A stretch of 62,264 nt of DNA, the filler included, from Porpidia crustulata (lineage: Eukaryota): the NCBI GenBank assembly GCA_964255105.1. It is 7 parts of 7 records of this genome, joined end to end, with 100 filler letters (N's around TTAATTAATTAA, not from the genome) between each part and the next. Parts side by side here need not be neighbours in the genome. Positions count along the whole stretch, not along the records: positions 35,666 to 44,466 come from CAXUWE010001047.1; positions 44,567 to 53,366 come from CAXUWE010001048.1; 5 more parts are not named here. One strand, written 5' to 3'. The translations under genes were made by a program, and so were the position numbers. Below the pieces are notes generated by a model that was not told the DNA's origin, ran no database searches, and worked only from the letters and a program-made list of their open reading frames with translations. This document shows positions 38,061 to 50,026 of the stretch, piece by piece (position 1 is the first letter of the stretch; each line of letters opens with the position of its first letter).

Positions 38061-39185
38061 ATGGACAAAGTCGATCCTGGATCGGAGGAACTTGGAATTG
38101 ATCTATCCACTGCTGTGCAAGACGACCTGAATACCGCCAGAGACCTATCTAACAGCGAACATGATATCTCCATCCCCTTTGGCAGCATGCTTTGTACAGC
38201 TGCTTACCGTGGTCACCTTGGCGTTATCACGATGCTCATCTCGAGAGGTGCAGACGTCAACTCATATGACGACGGTGATGTAGCGCTCCTAGCAGCAGCC
38301 CGCGGAGCCCAAGCCGGAGCGCTCGAGCTACTCATAGAAAATGGCGCTGACGTGCGTGCTAAAGGGCCTAGAGGTGCATCGGCTCTACATCAGGCAGTCA
38401 TAACAGACCAAACTACGAGAACAGATGCTACGCTTGAAATCATCAACCAGCTACTGGGAAAGGGCTTGGGCATTGACGATCCCGACGATGAAGGCCATAC
38501 AGCATTCCATGAAGCTTCGCTCTATGGACGGGTCGATCTGATGAACCGTCTCATTGCTCTGCAGGCCAATATCAATGCGAAGGATAATTGGCACGATACT
38601 CCACTCGACCTCGCTTGTTTGAACAATTATGTTGACGCTGTCAAATTGTTGGTATCTCAAGGAGCTGAAATCAATAGCCATTCAGGAGGTTGTCGGGGTC
38701 TAGGCAGAGCAGCCGGTAACGGCAACCTCGAGCTTGTCACAGTTCTTCTCAATAATGGAGCAAAGACCCTGCCTGTAAGCAAAGAAGGCCCTGAGCTTCT
38801 CTATGCAGCCAGAAGCGGCGCCTGCGAGATCATCCAATTGCTTCTCAACCACGCACCTGGAAACCAAGGGCCAATCTCCATGTTTCGGGCGGCGGTTATG
38901 GATCCAGTTCACGTCATTGCTCGACTTATCGACCATGGCGTGAGTGTCGACGTCAAAAACAGCAAGCAGCAGACCCCTTTGCACTTGGCAGTTTTGAGCA
39001 AAAAAGTGGAGCGTCAATCGCCTCTTGGTGTTCTGTACTCTCGCAATGAAGTGATCAAGCTTCTTATCGACAAGGGCGCCAAAGTCAACGCTGTAGATGC
39101 TAATGGCAAAACTGCACATGTTATCGCTTCAGAATTAGGCTATTCTGATGCTGTTGAGATGCTTGTGCAGAGAACGGATGAGTGA
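38061..39185 (+). CDS. Ankyrin-repeat-only protein, 374 aa, intronless, no signal peptide
   Basis: About nine ankyrin units, e.g. GASALHQAV, GHTAFHEAS, DTPLDLAC, QTPLHLAV, GKTAHVIAS, with GADVN/GAKVN turns. Confidence 0.92.
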   Translation: MDKVDPGSEELGIDLSTAVQDDLNTARDLSNSEHDISIPFGSMLCTAAYRGHLGVITMLISRGADVNSYDDGDVALLAAARGAQAGALELLIENGADVRAKGPRGASALHQAVITDQTTRTDATLEIINQLLGKGLGIDDPDDEGHTAFHEASLYGRVDLMNRLIALQANINAKDNWHDTPLDLACLNNYVDAVKLLVSQGAEINSHSGGCRGLGRAAGNGNLELVTVLLNNGAKTLPVSKEGPELLYAARSGACEIIQLLLNHAPGNQGPISMFRAAVMDPVHVIARLIDHGVSVDVKNSKQQTPLHLAVLSKKVERQSPLGVLYSRNEVIKLLIDKGAKVNAVDANGKTAHVIASELGYSDAVEMLVQRTDE

Positions 39186-39536
39186 GGGTCTCGGGACACG
39201 TTCTACAATTGCGGCACGCTCATTCCTCTACAAGCCTCTTTCAATCACGAACAAATGACTACAAAGTCTCTTGGTGGCGCGAAGAACACCAAGTTTACTG
39301 CTCCTCGGCTTCAAAGACTGATGTCATACAAAACGATTCAGAGACAACAACAGATTAATCCGAATACTGCTCTTATGAGGTTACATGTGGCTCACACCGC
39401 CCATGATCGCAAGCAAACTCCGCTTCGTAAGAAACCTGAATAGATGCCAAAACTTTGGGAGCCTGATCGACTGGTCTCTCTCCATCCATAATGATCTACA
39501 AAATCCATCTCCATGGCGTCAATCTATCACCTTTCG

Positions 39537-40349
39537 CTACTGATCAGGATTGTCAGGATCGTATGGAGTATCCACTATCTCTTCCAAAGCGTTCTTGTCG
39601 CTTGGTGTCAAGCGCACAGGGCCGAATCTGAACTGAAGCCCGTCCGGCCAATTGTTATCCCTTTGCATCTGTTTCGCAATCACCTTGAGATTATCATCAT
39701 TCAAAGGTTGGGCAGGATCTGCGGGGTTTGCGATTGCTCGAAGAAAGTCCCCACAGCCATAGCCATTGGCCGGGGTACTACATGGATTAAAGATGCCGGT
39801 GTAATCGTCACGTGTGGCCCAAACGACGATCCTTGCTCTTCTGCCCAAGAAATTCAGTTCGCGGTTATGGGTGTAGTAGAGATCCATGATGTTGATTTCG
39901 CCACATGAGCCTCTGGTTCGGTGAGAGCTTCCTGCAATCCGCGCAGCGCCGGCGGCTCTAGCTAGTATTTGCGGACGCTGCTTATCGATACCTTGACCCC
40001 TTCCCAGCCAGTTGTTCCGGTCGCTTTTGATTGAGGAAGCAAGATAGACTTTGTTGTCAATCGCTAAGAGGGCCATTGCTGCAGGCTTGTCATAGCGTCC
40101 CCCTGCGCTTCTCATCTCATCGAATGCTTTTGCACAAAGACCGACCAATTGAGCGTCCGACAGTGCTGGAACAGGATTCGTTCCATCTGGCATTGCATCG
40201 AACCGAAGAACACCTGAGAAACTAATAAGCTCAGTATGGTCATCTCCAAACCAATCTTTCTGGATGCCAATGTTAGGGATACAAAGAACATTGACGACTA
40301 GAGACCAAAGGAGAACAAGCGCGCCAGGAGGAAACAAGACTAGACGCAT
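39537..40349 (-). CDS. Secreted 270-aa protein with a putative Zn-dependent deaminase fold (toxin-deaminase/YwqJ-like)
   Basis: Hydrophobic N-terminus MRLVLFPPGALVLLWSLVVNVLC; helix then strands AMALLAI and VYLASS; HRTRGSCGE; strand RIVVW; PC-x8-C (PCSTPANGYGC). Confidence 0.6.
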   Translation of the reverse strand: MRLVLFPPGALVLLWSLVVNVLCIPNIGIQKDWFGDDHTELISFSGVLRFDAMPDGTNPVPALSDAQLVGLCAKAFDEMRSAGGRYDKPAAMALLAIDNKVYLASSIKSDRNNWLGRGQGIDKQRPQILARAAGAARIAGSSHRTRGSCGEINIMDLYYTHNRELNFLGRRARIVVWATRDDYTGIFNPCSTPANGYGCGDFLRAIANPADPAQPLNDDNLKVIAKQMQRDNNWPDGLQFRFGPVRLTPSDKNALEEIVDTPYDPDNPDQ

Positions 40350-41565
40350 AATGATCGACTTCTCAAGGTTTATGTTTATAGCGTGACTGCTAGAGCATTC
40401 TTGAAAGCCCTGTAAGTATTAGAAACGCCTGGGTCGAAGGATGTGAGCAATTTCAAGGAGCTCTAGAACCTGAGAAAAACTCGGGGAAGGGGCTTTAAGA
40501 GGATGCGAAAGCTCAATGAAAGCAGGATGGCAGTTCCCCCTACCAGCTGCTGAGCACCAAATTTCTAGCTGGTGCACAGCAGCGGAGTCCGGTGATCTGG
40601 CCATAGCAGAAATTACGTATTGAGTCCAGAAAAAGATCCTGCCTGATACTAATGTGGCGCGTAGACGGCGGTGCATCTTGATGGTGGTCATGATCAAACA
40701 AGGGAGCTGGCACCCCTTAATTTGGCTACATTTGTTGGGTCAAACATCACCAATGTAGCTATGGTTGTACTACCTCACTGCATGACACATAGACTTGACC
40801 GTAATGATGTTGCGCCGCAGCTCAGTCTCGGGCTTTTGCTTACTCCTGACTCCTATCTGATTGGATTTGTGAGATCAATTTCCCATCTCTTCTTGCTCGG
40901 TGAGATTTATTTCAAGAGCTCAGTTACTCCAGCAGGTCTCACTATATGATGCAAACAAGCCGTCATGAAGATAGGAGTAAAGTTGTACAAGGCGTAGGGA
41001 CCAATACCAGAATTGATTATTCAGCTCGGCACAGAAATGCCTACTATGTACCTAGTTTCAAGCATGGTAGTACAGATTCTGACGATTGGGAGAAATTCCA
41101 TTGCCTTAAACCTAGACGCTGACTTGCAGAGCCACAATGGCGTGCATGAGCACCCACATCAGCCAACTGTGATTGTTTCCATTGAGCTGAATGCGTCGAG
41201 GTCGCACTCAAGCATCCCACCTAAAGGGGTCTGTATCCTCAGAATAGCTACGGACAGGGTAGTCGAGCGTGATGCGAATCAAAATCCACGCACCGTTACC
41301 TCGCGCTGGGAAGCGGGCAAAAACTAGCTGTGCACACAGCACGAAATGAAATGGAGGAGGCGTACATCCCAGACGCTGTCAGTCGAGAGCCCCGAATATC
41401 AGCATGAGAAAGGCTTGAGAGTCAGTCATCCGAATAGAAATAGTCTCTCAAGTACGAGTTATGAGGAGACCTCCTACACGTTTGCCGATTCGATCGCCTT
41501 TATATGAAGAGAAGTATTAGTTTTCAATATCATCTCCCACCGCGCTACTTTATGCCATAGTCAGC

Positions 41566-43965
41566 ATGTTGTTCGATACTCTTGTCAGTATAGCTCTGAC
41601 AATGGCTGTCACACTGGTAGACATCTCTTCGGCAAGGGTGTCACATTTCCGCCCAATATCTCGAAACGCCATTTCTCGACGGGGGAGCGGCGACGCGATA
41701 GATCATTCAGACATCAAGAAATGGGCTGCTTTGGGCGACTCTTTCGCCGCTGGTATCGGCGCTGGAACAAGGCTGACCGGCTGGGGGGACTGGTATTGCT
41801 CCAGATACGACGGCTCGTATCCATCCGTGATCAACAGCAGTCCTTCCCTTGGGAGTGCTACAGGAAGAGATTTCAAGTACTACGCTTGTTCAGGTGCAGT
41901 CACCACGGATATCATGGGCCAGATAAAAGGCTTGAATGGCCTCCAGATGGCGACACTATCCGTCGGCGGGAATGATGCCAATCTAAAGGATATTCTGCAC
42001 GCATGTATCTATCAGTGGAATAAAGATCCTCAGCTGGACTGTGACAAAACCCTTGCCAACTCGCAAAGCACCATTGAAAGCCCCACTTTCTCCAAGAATC
42101 TGGACGACGTACTTAATGCTCTGAAAGGGGTGATGGCGAACTCTGATGCTAAAATCTATTGGACTGGGTATTCTCATTTCTGGGACGCATCCACAGATCA
42201 ATGCGACCAAGTCACCTGGGCTTTCAAATACAACATTGGTCACAGACAATATTTGACGCAGTCTCGTCGAGCTACAATGAATAATCTTGTCGATGCCGTC
42301 AATCAGAAGATCAAAGATGCTATCAGCAGATTCGGCAGACAGGCTATCTTCGTACCGTGGGGCCCAGATGTTGACTATATCGGTGGTCACTATTGCCAAC
42401 CAGGAGTTGATGAGTGGAATGCTGTTGATCGAGAACAGACAACCTTCTATGAATGGGGGACGACCAAAGATGATCCAGATGGCAAGGAACACGATGAGCT
42501 ACGAAAACGGCAACAACCAGGCCAGCTAGAGGCCGGCCAGGACCTCCAGAATACATGGGAAGGTGCAATTGCGGCTTGGGTGATGGATGCCATCAAGCAG
42601 GGCGCCACAGCCGAGGACTTCGATTTGACACAGGACGATATTGTTCATGCCCAAAGTGGCTCGCTACTTCCCGACAAGTATGGCAGGATCTTCCACCCAA
42701 CTAGGTTTGCACATATGATGATTGCCGAGAACATATTACGTACCATGGACTTAAGCAAGGCGAAGTCAATGGGGCAGAAAGCGGCCACAAGTACTTTAAT
42801 TGGCGGCCCAGTACCGACAGGTACTGCCAGCCATCCAGGCCAACATGTTTTCTGTAATGTCAACAACCCTGACAACGAGAAGGTCAAATTCAAGGTCGCC
42901 GACGCAGATACAGTCGTCAAAACTTACTGCCTCAAACATCAGTCGAATGTGGTCGGTAGTGGGCCTGAAGGGGAAATCTTGGAACAATACCAGAATGGCA
43001 ACGATCAAAGCACGTCTCTTGTTCTGATTGCTGAATTGGACTCTACTCCACTTTGCGAGAAATACCCTAATCTAGGCAAACTAAACTTTTTTGACTGCTC
43101 AGCCAATTTTGGTAGTGCAATGAACGACTGTAAGTTTTGGCATTTTTGCGTCTTTGTCAAGACTGGTTTCTGGTCCTTAGCATCCTACTCCTCTTCCACT
43201 CTTCTTCATTTCCAACTAGGCGCCGCTGTGCATTGCGGACAGCTACCACAAGAGCTGCGCAATGGCGCAGTGCCAGCTGAAGACTGTACTAATCTCCTTA
43301 TAGGCGACACCAACACCGTCGACGCAAAACTTGGTGGTGAACAAGCCGCCGACTGCATCTACTACTCCATCCGCGCCGTGAGGGGTGGCACTACCACAAC
43401 AACCTCCCCTTCTGCGCCAGCCCCACCAGCACGGACCTGCTCCCTCCATCTTGTACAAAAAGGCTCCTACTCCGGAGCTTCGCCGGGTCCTTTTGGAGAC
43501 CCGAACGCAAGCCTTGAGTATACCGTCGAGGTCACCATCTATGATGGTACGAGCAGCAGTAAGAAGCAAATTGGATACCATGACAAGGCTGTTGCTGGAG
43601 CCAGAGCGCCCCTTGGTGTGACGATGGATGGAGTAAAGGATACTCTAGTCATTACACCAGAGCAGCAGAATGATTACGTGCAATTTGCGTTGGGAAGCCA
43701 GATGTGGAAGAGTAGTGACCGTGGGAGCTGTACCGTTGGGGGGTGGGATCCGAGACAGGATTTTCCGGCGGTGAGTTTCATCCCTGCGTACCTTTTATTA
43801 TTCACTCCCTTCCTCTTCATTTTCCCTTTCTACGTCTGTTCGAAATCCTCAAACCCCCTTTCCGTTCATCCTCTACTGTTAATATGTTTTCGAGAGGGGC
43901 GTTCGGTGCTAACTCTCCCTCTTTCGTCTTAGACTCGGCAAATGGACTGTAGCTTCAAGTGCTAG
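41566..43965 (+). CDS. Secreted SGNH/GDSL hydrolase with two C-terminal Cys-containing modules; introns 43130-43303 and 43771-43932
   Basis: Signal peptide; block I ALGDSFAAG, block II ACSGA, block III LSVGGND, block V IFHP. The last exon encodes TRQMDCSFKC*. Confidence 0.88.
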
Positions 43966-44415
43966 AGATGAATCGAGGGCTTTTAAAGGGAATATTGGTC
44001 TAGCTTGTAGAATACCTAAGTATCGGAATCTAGTCTATCGCATGTCTTGAATCCCATCAGTCTCGATGATCGTGTCAGCCTTAGATGCATGGTTTTGGAC
44101 ACTGGCAGCTCGGTAGATCCACACCGTGGCTGGATCTCGGCTGGCTTTACTTCGAGACGCTGTGGCTCATGCTCTACTCTCCCGCGTATGAGTGCAACTA
44201 AAACTACCCCTAGCCAGGGTCGTACTCTGATCACGAAACCCCGATATATCTCCAAGCGCAAGCTCTAGAGCCATTTTAATGGGCATTCTTTATGACTATA
44301 TGATCGAGACTCTGCAGCTTTTATATATCGCTGATTCGGGGGTTTGCAGTATCAGGACTTTCATTGCTGCGATAATGATTTAGGGAATTAATGTAGAAGC
44401 ACATACCCCTATATA

Positions 44416-44466
44416 ACGTAATCCGACACTAAACGCACGCCGACACTAAACGCACACCCCACCAAA
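44416..44466 (+). mobile_element. Terminus of a pogo/Fot1-type DNA transposon, cut by the contig end
   Basis: TA followed by ACGTAATCC and a 17-bp tandem unit (CCGACACTAAACGCAC x2), the TIR structure typical of fungal Fot1/Pot2/Tan1 elements. Confidence 0.65.
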
Positions 44467-44566
44467 NNNNNNNNNNNNNNNNNNNNNNNNNNNNNNNNNN
44501 NNNNNNNNNNTTAATTAATTAANNNNNNNNNNNNNNNNNNNNNNNNNNNNNNNNNNNNNNNNNNNN
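44467..44566. other. Artificial contig spacer
   Basis: N44-TTAATTAATTAA-N44. Confidence 0.99.
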
Positions 44567-45202
44567 GTCCCCTTCTTCCACCTCCTCGAGCGCCTATAAA
44601 CAACTAAACGCGAAGGCTGGAAACGCTTCCACATAACCGCCGGCGAATCGATTTCAGACCACATGTACCGCATGTCCATCCTGACCATGCTCGCCCCGCC
44701 CTCCCTCTCCAAGCGATTAGACATTCCCCGCTGCACGAAAATGGCCCTGGTCCACGACATGGCCGAAGCGTTGGTGGGAGACATCACCCCGGTCGACGGC
44801 GTGGCCAAGGCGGAGAAGAACAGACGGGAAACGGAAACGATGGATTTCCTGACGACCAGCATGCTGGGCCGAAGCAGCGGCGTCTTCGAACAAGCGCAGA
44901 GCATCAAGGAAACATGGCAGGAGTACGAAGACGGAAACACGCTGGAGGCGAAATTTGTAAAGGACATTGACAAAATAGAACTGGTGCTGCAGATGATGGA
45001 GTACGAGAGGGCGCACGCCGGGACGCTGGATCTCGGGGAGTTCGTCTGGGTGGCGCAGAAGATCCAGCTCGAGGAGGTGAAAAGTTGGTGTAGGGAGATC
45101 ATGAGGGAGAGGCAGGACTTCTGGAAGGCACAGGGCAAGGAGATTGAGCAGGTCAAGGGCTGGGAAATAGTTGGGGGACTATTGGACGCCGCCGAGAAGT
45201 GA
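44567..45202 (+). CDS. HD-domain 5'-deoxynucleotidase (HDDC2/Ygk1-like), 5'-partial
   Basis: KREGW...ESISDHMYRM, ALVHDMAEALVGDITP, WQEYE, EAKFVKDIDKIE. Confidence 0.92.
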
Positions 45203-45758
45203 GCGAAAGCGAAGCTAGATATGTCAGCGGAGCGGCTATGTTCCTCGGCCATGTAGCGAACGCATACCATTGGTGGTCACCCCGAAGAAGTGGCAAAAGC
45301 TGCAACTGCAAGTGGAGGACTGCTGACCTTGGTTCGAAGATGCGACGCTAGGGCTACAAAGTGGTGGTCGAACCAAGAATTCCCTCCACAAGGGTCAAAA
45401 AGGGCCTTTCGTGTCAGCACCACAGTATGGTAGGTAGTCCATGACCGATCTCAAATTTCGTCAAATGCAATTGAATAGGTAGGGGTAACGAAATATAGAA
45501 AAAATTTAAGTTGATTTATCTAATGATTGGGAGAGAAATATTTAATTGAACTAAATTCTATAGAACAAAAAAAACTTAGAAGGGCTTACCCACCAATCAG
45601 AACTATGATACATCAGAATTAAATGCATGCAAGCGTTCCAAAATTTCCGCAACCCAGTGATTTCAACCTCCATATCCGACTTCTCGATAATCTTTGCTCC
45701 GTAACTCGGTTGCTCAATACCACTTAGCTTTCCTCCTACATGACCCGCCAACAGCCAT

Positions 45759-46620
45759 CTATCCTAGCAACACTGCCCATGTCAAAGTTCCGAGTAGGAC
45801 AGCGGCCGCGATGCCCATTGGTGACTTTGCGCTCCCAGCGGTTCCAGTAAAGCCAGTCGGTAAGCTTGTCGCACTGAAATTTCCAGCTCCAGCAGCATTG
45901 GGGTGTGCGTAAACCGAAGCTGAAGCCGAAGCTACAGCCACATCGCCAGTGGGGCCGGCGAATGTACTGTTCTGGTTCCCGGTCGGGTAAGGTGGGACGC
46001 TCGTCACTGATGGTAGTGCAGTGGTGTTCGACGGAATCAGAGAAGATGCCACAATCGCTGATGGCGTAATCGTGGTCGAAGCAACGATATTGGTCAACGT
46101 AGAAGTAGCGGATGTAACGGTGGTTAGGGAGGTAGTAGTTTGCTCAGTGGTGTGGATGGTGAATTGAGGGGAGTAATTGACAGCTCCAGACTGGGTGATT
46201 GAGAGGGCGTAGAGGCCTTGGGTATTAACTTGGGGTACTGTCCAGGTGAAGGTAGAGCCAGTGGCACCAGCTGATGTAATATTAGTAAATTGTCAGGATC
46301 ACGGAACGTAGGAACACCAATAACAAAGAGACTTACCAACTACGGAGGAGACAGTTTGAAGGTTTGCAGGGTCCCCATTCAATAGAGTAATGTCGACGGT
46401 CTAAGAAATTGATCATTAGCCTCTCACTAATGATTTCGCCTTTCTTCAATGCCACTCAGTAAAGAGGACATACCGTATTATCCCCGGACCATGTGAGCTC
46501 AAAGGGAGCACCAGCAGTGATACTGTTGTAGTAGCTATTAGTAAAAGCCACAGCTTGGGCAAACACCGGAAGAAACAAGGCAATTGCAACAAAAGCGAGA
46601 CGAGCCGACGGTGAAGGCAT
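45759..46620 (-). CDS. GPI-anchored Ser/Thr-rich cell-wall protein (Kre9/Knh1-like N-terminal domain), 3 exons
   Basis: Signal peptide MPSPSARLAFVAIALFLPVFAQA; ITAGAPFELTW, TVDITLLNGDPANL; S/T-rich stalk; hydrophobic C-terminus GIAAAVLLGTLTWAVLLG. Confidence 0.82.
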
Positions 46621-47055
46621 GGTAGCAGAGAAGACAGTGAGTCAAAGGAGCAATGAACTGGTAGTACAATTAGAGGGACTTCCAAAAGTTCTTCCAAAAA
46701 ATCCTATTGGCAACTAAGTTTGCAAATGAGTGACTTGAGTTGAAGGTTGATGGGGGAATGTGTGGAATGTTGGGTCGATGTGCTTAAAGCACTTTCCGAC
46801 CAACAAAGAAGGAGCTTGTCTTTATTAGCGAGTGAACCTTCACCCAAGTGTAGATAAAGAGCTCGACTTGGAAAGGACGGATTCAGAAGGATAAACAGTA
46901 AGGTATGGCACCCTTAACTTACATGCAATTAGTAGCAAATTGAAGAGGGCAGTCACCACGCACACCGGAAAAGCGTCATGGGTAGATTCGTCGTAAAGAA
47001 TCTGATAGGAATGTAATGAGGGTTATCCTGCCGAGCTAGTGCTACAAGATAGTCT

Positions 47056-49657
47056 TCAACCAGATAGTCCTCTCTTCTCCGATTCACTGAAAAAGATAAT
47101 CATGCGCCATAGTTTCTTGACAAGGACCTCAGCCTCCTCATCCAGAGCCTAGCGACCACTTCATTAGCATCACTTCGTCGAACAAGTCAAAGACTAGGAC
47201 TCTTACCCCTTCAAGCTGCTCCACCAAAATTTGAGGCGTTCCTCTCTTTCGGATGTGATCCTCAACAACTTCCACAAGCATTTGTTCTTGTACACCTAGG
47301 TATTCCACAATTTTCTTCTCGACAAAAGGCTTTAATTGCTCTCCTAATACTGTTTCATCAACAAACTCCCATTTGACATCCCATTTCCACAATTCGTTCT
47401 TATCTGAGGGAATGTCAGCGGCCAGCTGTCTGGCGGCTTGTGCTCTTTCTTCTTCAGTGAGGCCAAGAGCATCAGCAGCATTGTCGAATTTGATTGGAAT
47501 GAGAGTCCTTTTCGCAGAGCTTTCAGCTTCCTCTTCATCTTCCAGTAACCCTTCAACCTCCGCGACTGTTCGTCGGGTTGACGCAGCAGCTTGGGCTTTC
47601 TGAGCTGCGGCTCCAAGTGACAGTTTGAAGCGCTGTGGTTCTCGAGGCGCTTGTGCTCTTGTATCGAGTTCCACAGCTTGGCGGTTGAGAAAGTCATCGG
47701 CTATCCCTCTTGTATGTTCACGTTGTTGGAGATCCTTTGCCTGCTCCCTTTCTTCTGCCATGCGATCCATCTCATCTACTTGCGCTTCTCTACTCCTGAA
47801 CGTGGCACGATTTCGAATCCACAGACTGCGATCAAGGTAATACTCTTCAACTTTCCTATTGACCTCAAGGTCATCGTCCCATTCGCCCAAGCGCTTAGCG
47901 ACAGCATCCTTTTCGGCCTCTTGCTGCTTCTGTTCTTCTTTGTCCCGCGCCTTTTCTCTTTCTACAGCCGCAGTCCGACTTCGCTCTCGGTTAAGCCATC
48001 TTCGTCTCTGATCTTGGTACAACTTCTCCTGTTCCGCCTCCTTCTTTTCTTTCCGGCGTCGTTCTATTTCTTCATCGCTAGCATCACTATCCTCGTCATC
48101 GCGATGAGCTATACCAGCTACACCGGCACTATGTAGTCCACTACCGTTCACAAAATTCACACCTTTCTGATAGTCCCGTGGTATCTGTGAATCCGTATAT
48201 CCCTTCGGTCCGGAAGGTGCATTCAAAACTCCTCTATCTCGTGGGCCTACGGGAATACCGTTTGCACCGCCAGCAGGGCCACTCGGAGCCGTGAAAGGAG
48301 GTGAAGCCAACCTGCTCGGCCGTGGTTGGCTAAGATTTCGCTTCCGCTCCAGTGCTTCGAGCTCTTCCTCTTTTCGGAGACGCTCCATATCTCGCCGGGT
48401 ACTACGGTCTCTAAAGGCTGCGATTTCTTTAGCGACAGTCTCACGCATCTCAGCAGGGATATCAGAGAGCTCATCATCAATTGTAAGAGGGATTGTGACA
48501 ACTTCAGCATCTGGTTTCTCATCCCCGTTCTGCATTAAAATGTCGCCATCGCGGTCAAGACTAGACAGATCATTAGACGGCATTGGCAACGACGGGTTCT
48601 CGAGATCTCTGAGTACTGCTGCGAGGGAACTCTTGGCGGCATCCAGGCGCAGTCGTGCTTGTATTGGGTCCTGGTCACCTCTTGAAGCTTGAAATTGTTC
48701 TAAATAGTTTAGTGACACGTCGTCAACCATAATCTATAATCGGTGGTAAGCCTTTGAGCTGCAGCAGTGCATATCTAACGCAGTGTGCCTTACGAGCAAT
48801 TTGATCTTCTCGATAGTAGTAGCTTGATTATCGTCCTCCTGCTTAATGCTTCTTGCCTGTTGCTGTTTGACCGGCACCTCCACATCTTTCAGCACATCTA
48901 CGGCTGTAGCAAGACTCTCGGGATCATCGTACTCTGCAAAGCCAAATCTGCAAGCCTTGTTGTCCGCATCCATTGCTCTTGTCCAACGTCTGAGGTTGCC
49001 TGCGCATCGAAAAATGCGCTCGATGCCATCATCGCCGCTTAATCCTTCGGTAATACCTCCGACGAATATAGTCCTTGCTATCTCATCTTTAGTAGGTGGT
49101 ACTAGCTGCATCATGCTTTCGCGTACAGCCTGTCGTTGCGCATCCATGCTGTGGCCTGCGCCAAGCCCCGGACGAGCAGTGCGAGGTTCAATATTGCTTT
49201 CTCTTCGCTGAAGGTCTCCTCCTAAAGGGAGGGAAGGCTTTGATGGGCCAGTCGTGCCAAGTCGTATTACAGGTGCCGAAAAATTGATGTTAGGCATATT
49301 CGCAGGCGGTTGAAAATTGGGTGGAAACCCGCCACGCCCGGGCTGTTGGCCAGTTTGCATCCCGGGGGGGGGAGCCACTCCTGGAGCAGACATTCCGGGG
49401 GGTCCTATGCTCGTGATCAGCTTATACAGGCAGAAACTGGGAAGACACAATGATACCCGGGGAAGGTCCCATGCCTGGTGGTGCATTCTGTCCGGGGAAA
49501 CCCATTCCTGGAGGCCGACCAAAAGGTGCATTTCCTAAGAGACCATTCAGTAGACTGCATTTCAGTTCAGAGGTAAACTTGGTAGTTCCATGAATCTAGA
49601 CCACCCGTAACCTGTCATGGGGGTGATCCAACATTGCTTACCTGGGTAATTGTACAT
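47056..49657 (-). CDS. U1 snRNP-associated PWI-domain protein (Snu71/RBM25/Usp107-like), multi-exon
   Basis: Pro-rich N-terminus; RRM-like RTIFVGGI...CRFGFAEYDD; charged middle; PWI motifs LKPFVEKKIVEYLGVQE and LDEEAEVLVKKLWRMIIF. Confidence 0.88.
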
Positions 49658-50026
49658 AGCGGCAGGATGTTACAGTGATGGTAGGCGAAGGTTCTCTCAG
49701 GGGTTATCTACGATACCAACAAGCTCAGCTTAGGATTTTCGAAAGTCAAATACCAGGTAGAGATAATCTATATGCCGTTGCGCAACTTCATAATCCGTAT
49801 CATTTCGAAAGCTCATGTCCTAGGATTTTAGTTACACAATCGTGACGACCAAAATTACCGCGCGTCAAAGTTGGCGCCAGAAGCTACCTGTCATGCGAGC
49901 CTCACTAGGGTACAACGAGTATAATATCATATAAAATTCACATTTGCGGACACAAGAACTTTTAGGTATGATGATCACGCGCTTCTGTTAGTCTGATACA
50001 GCTACTAATGAGGGTCCAGAGCATCA

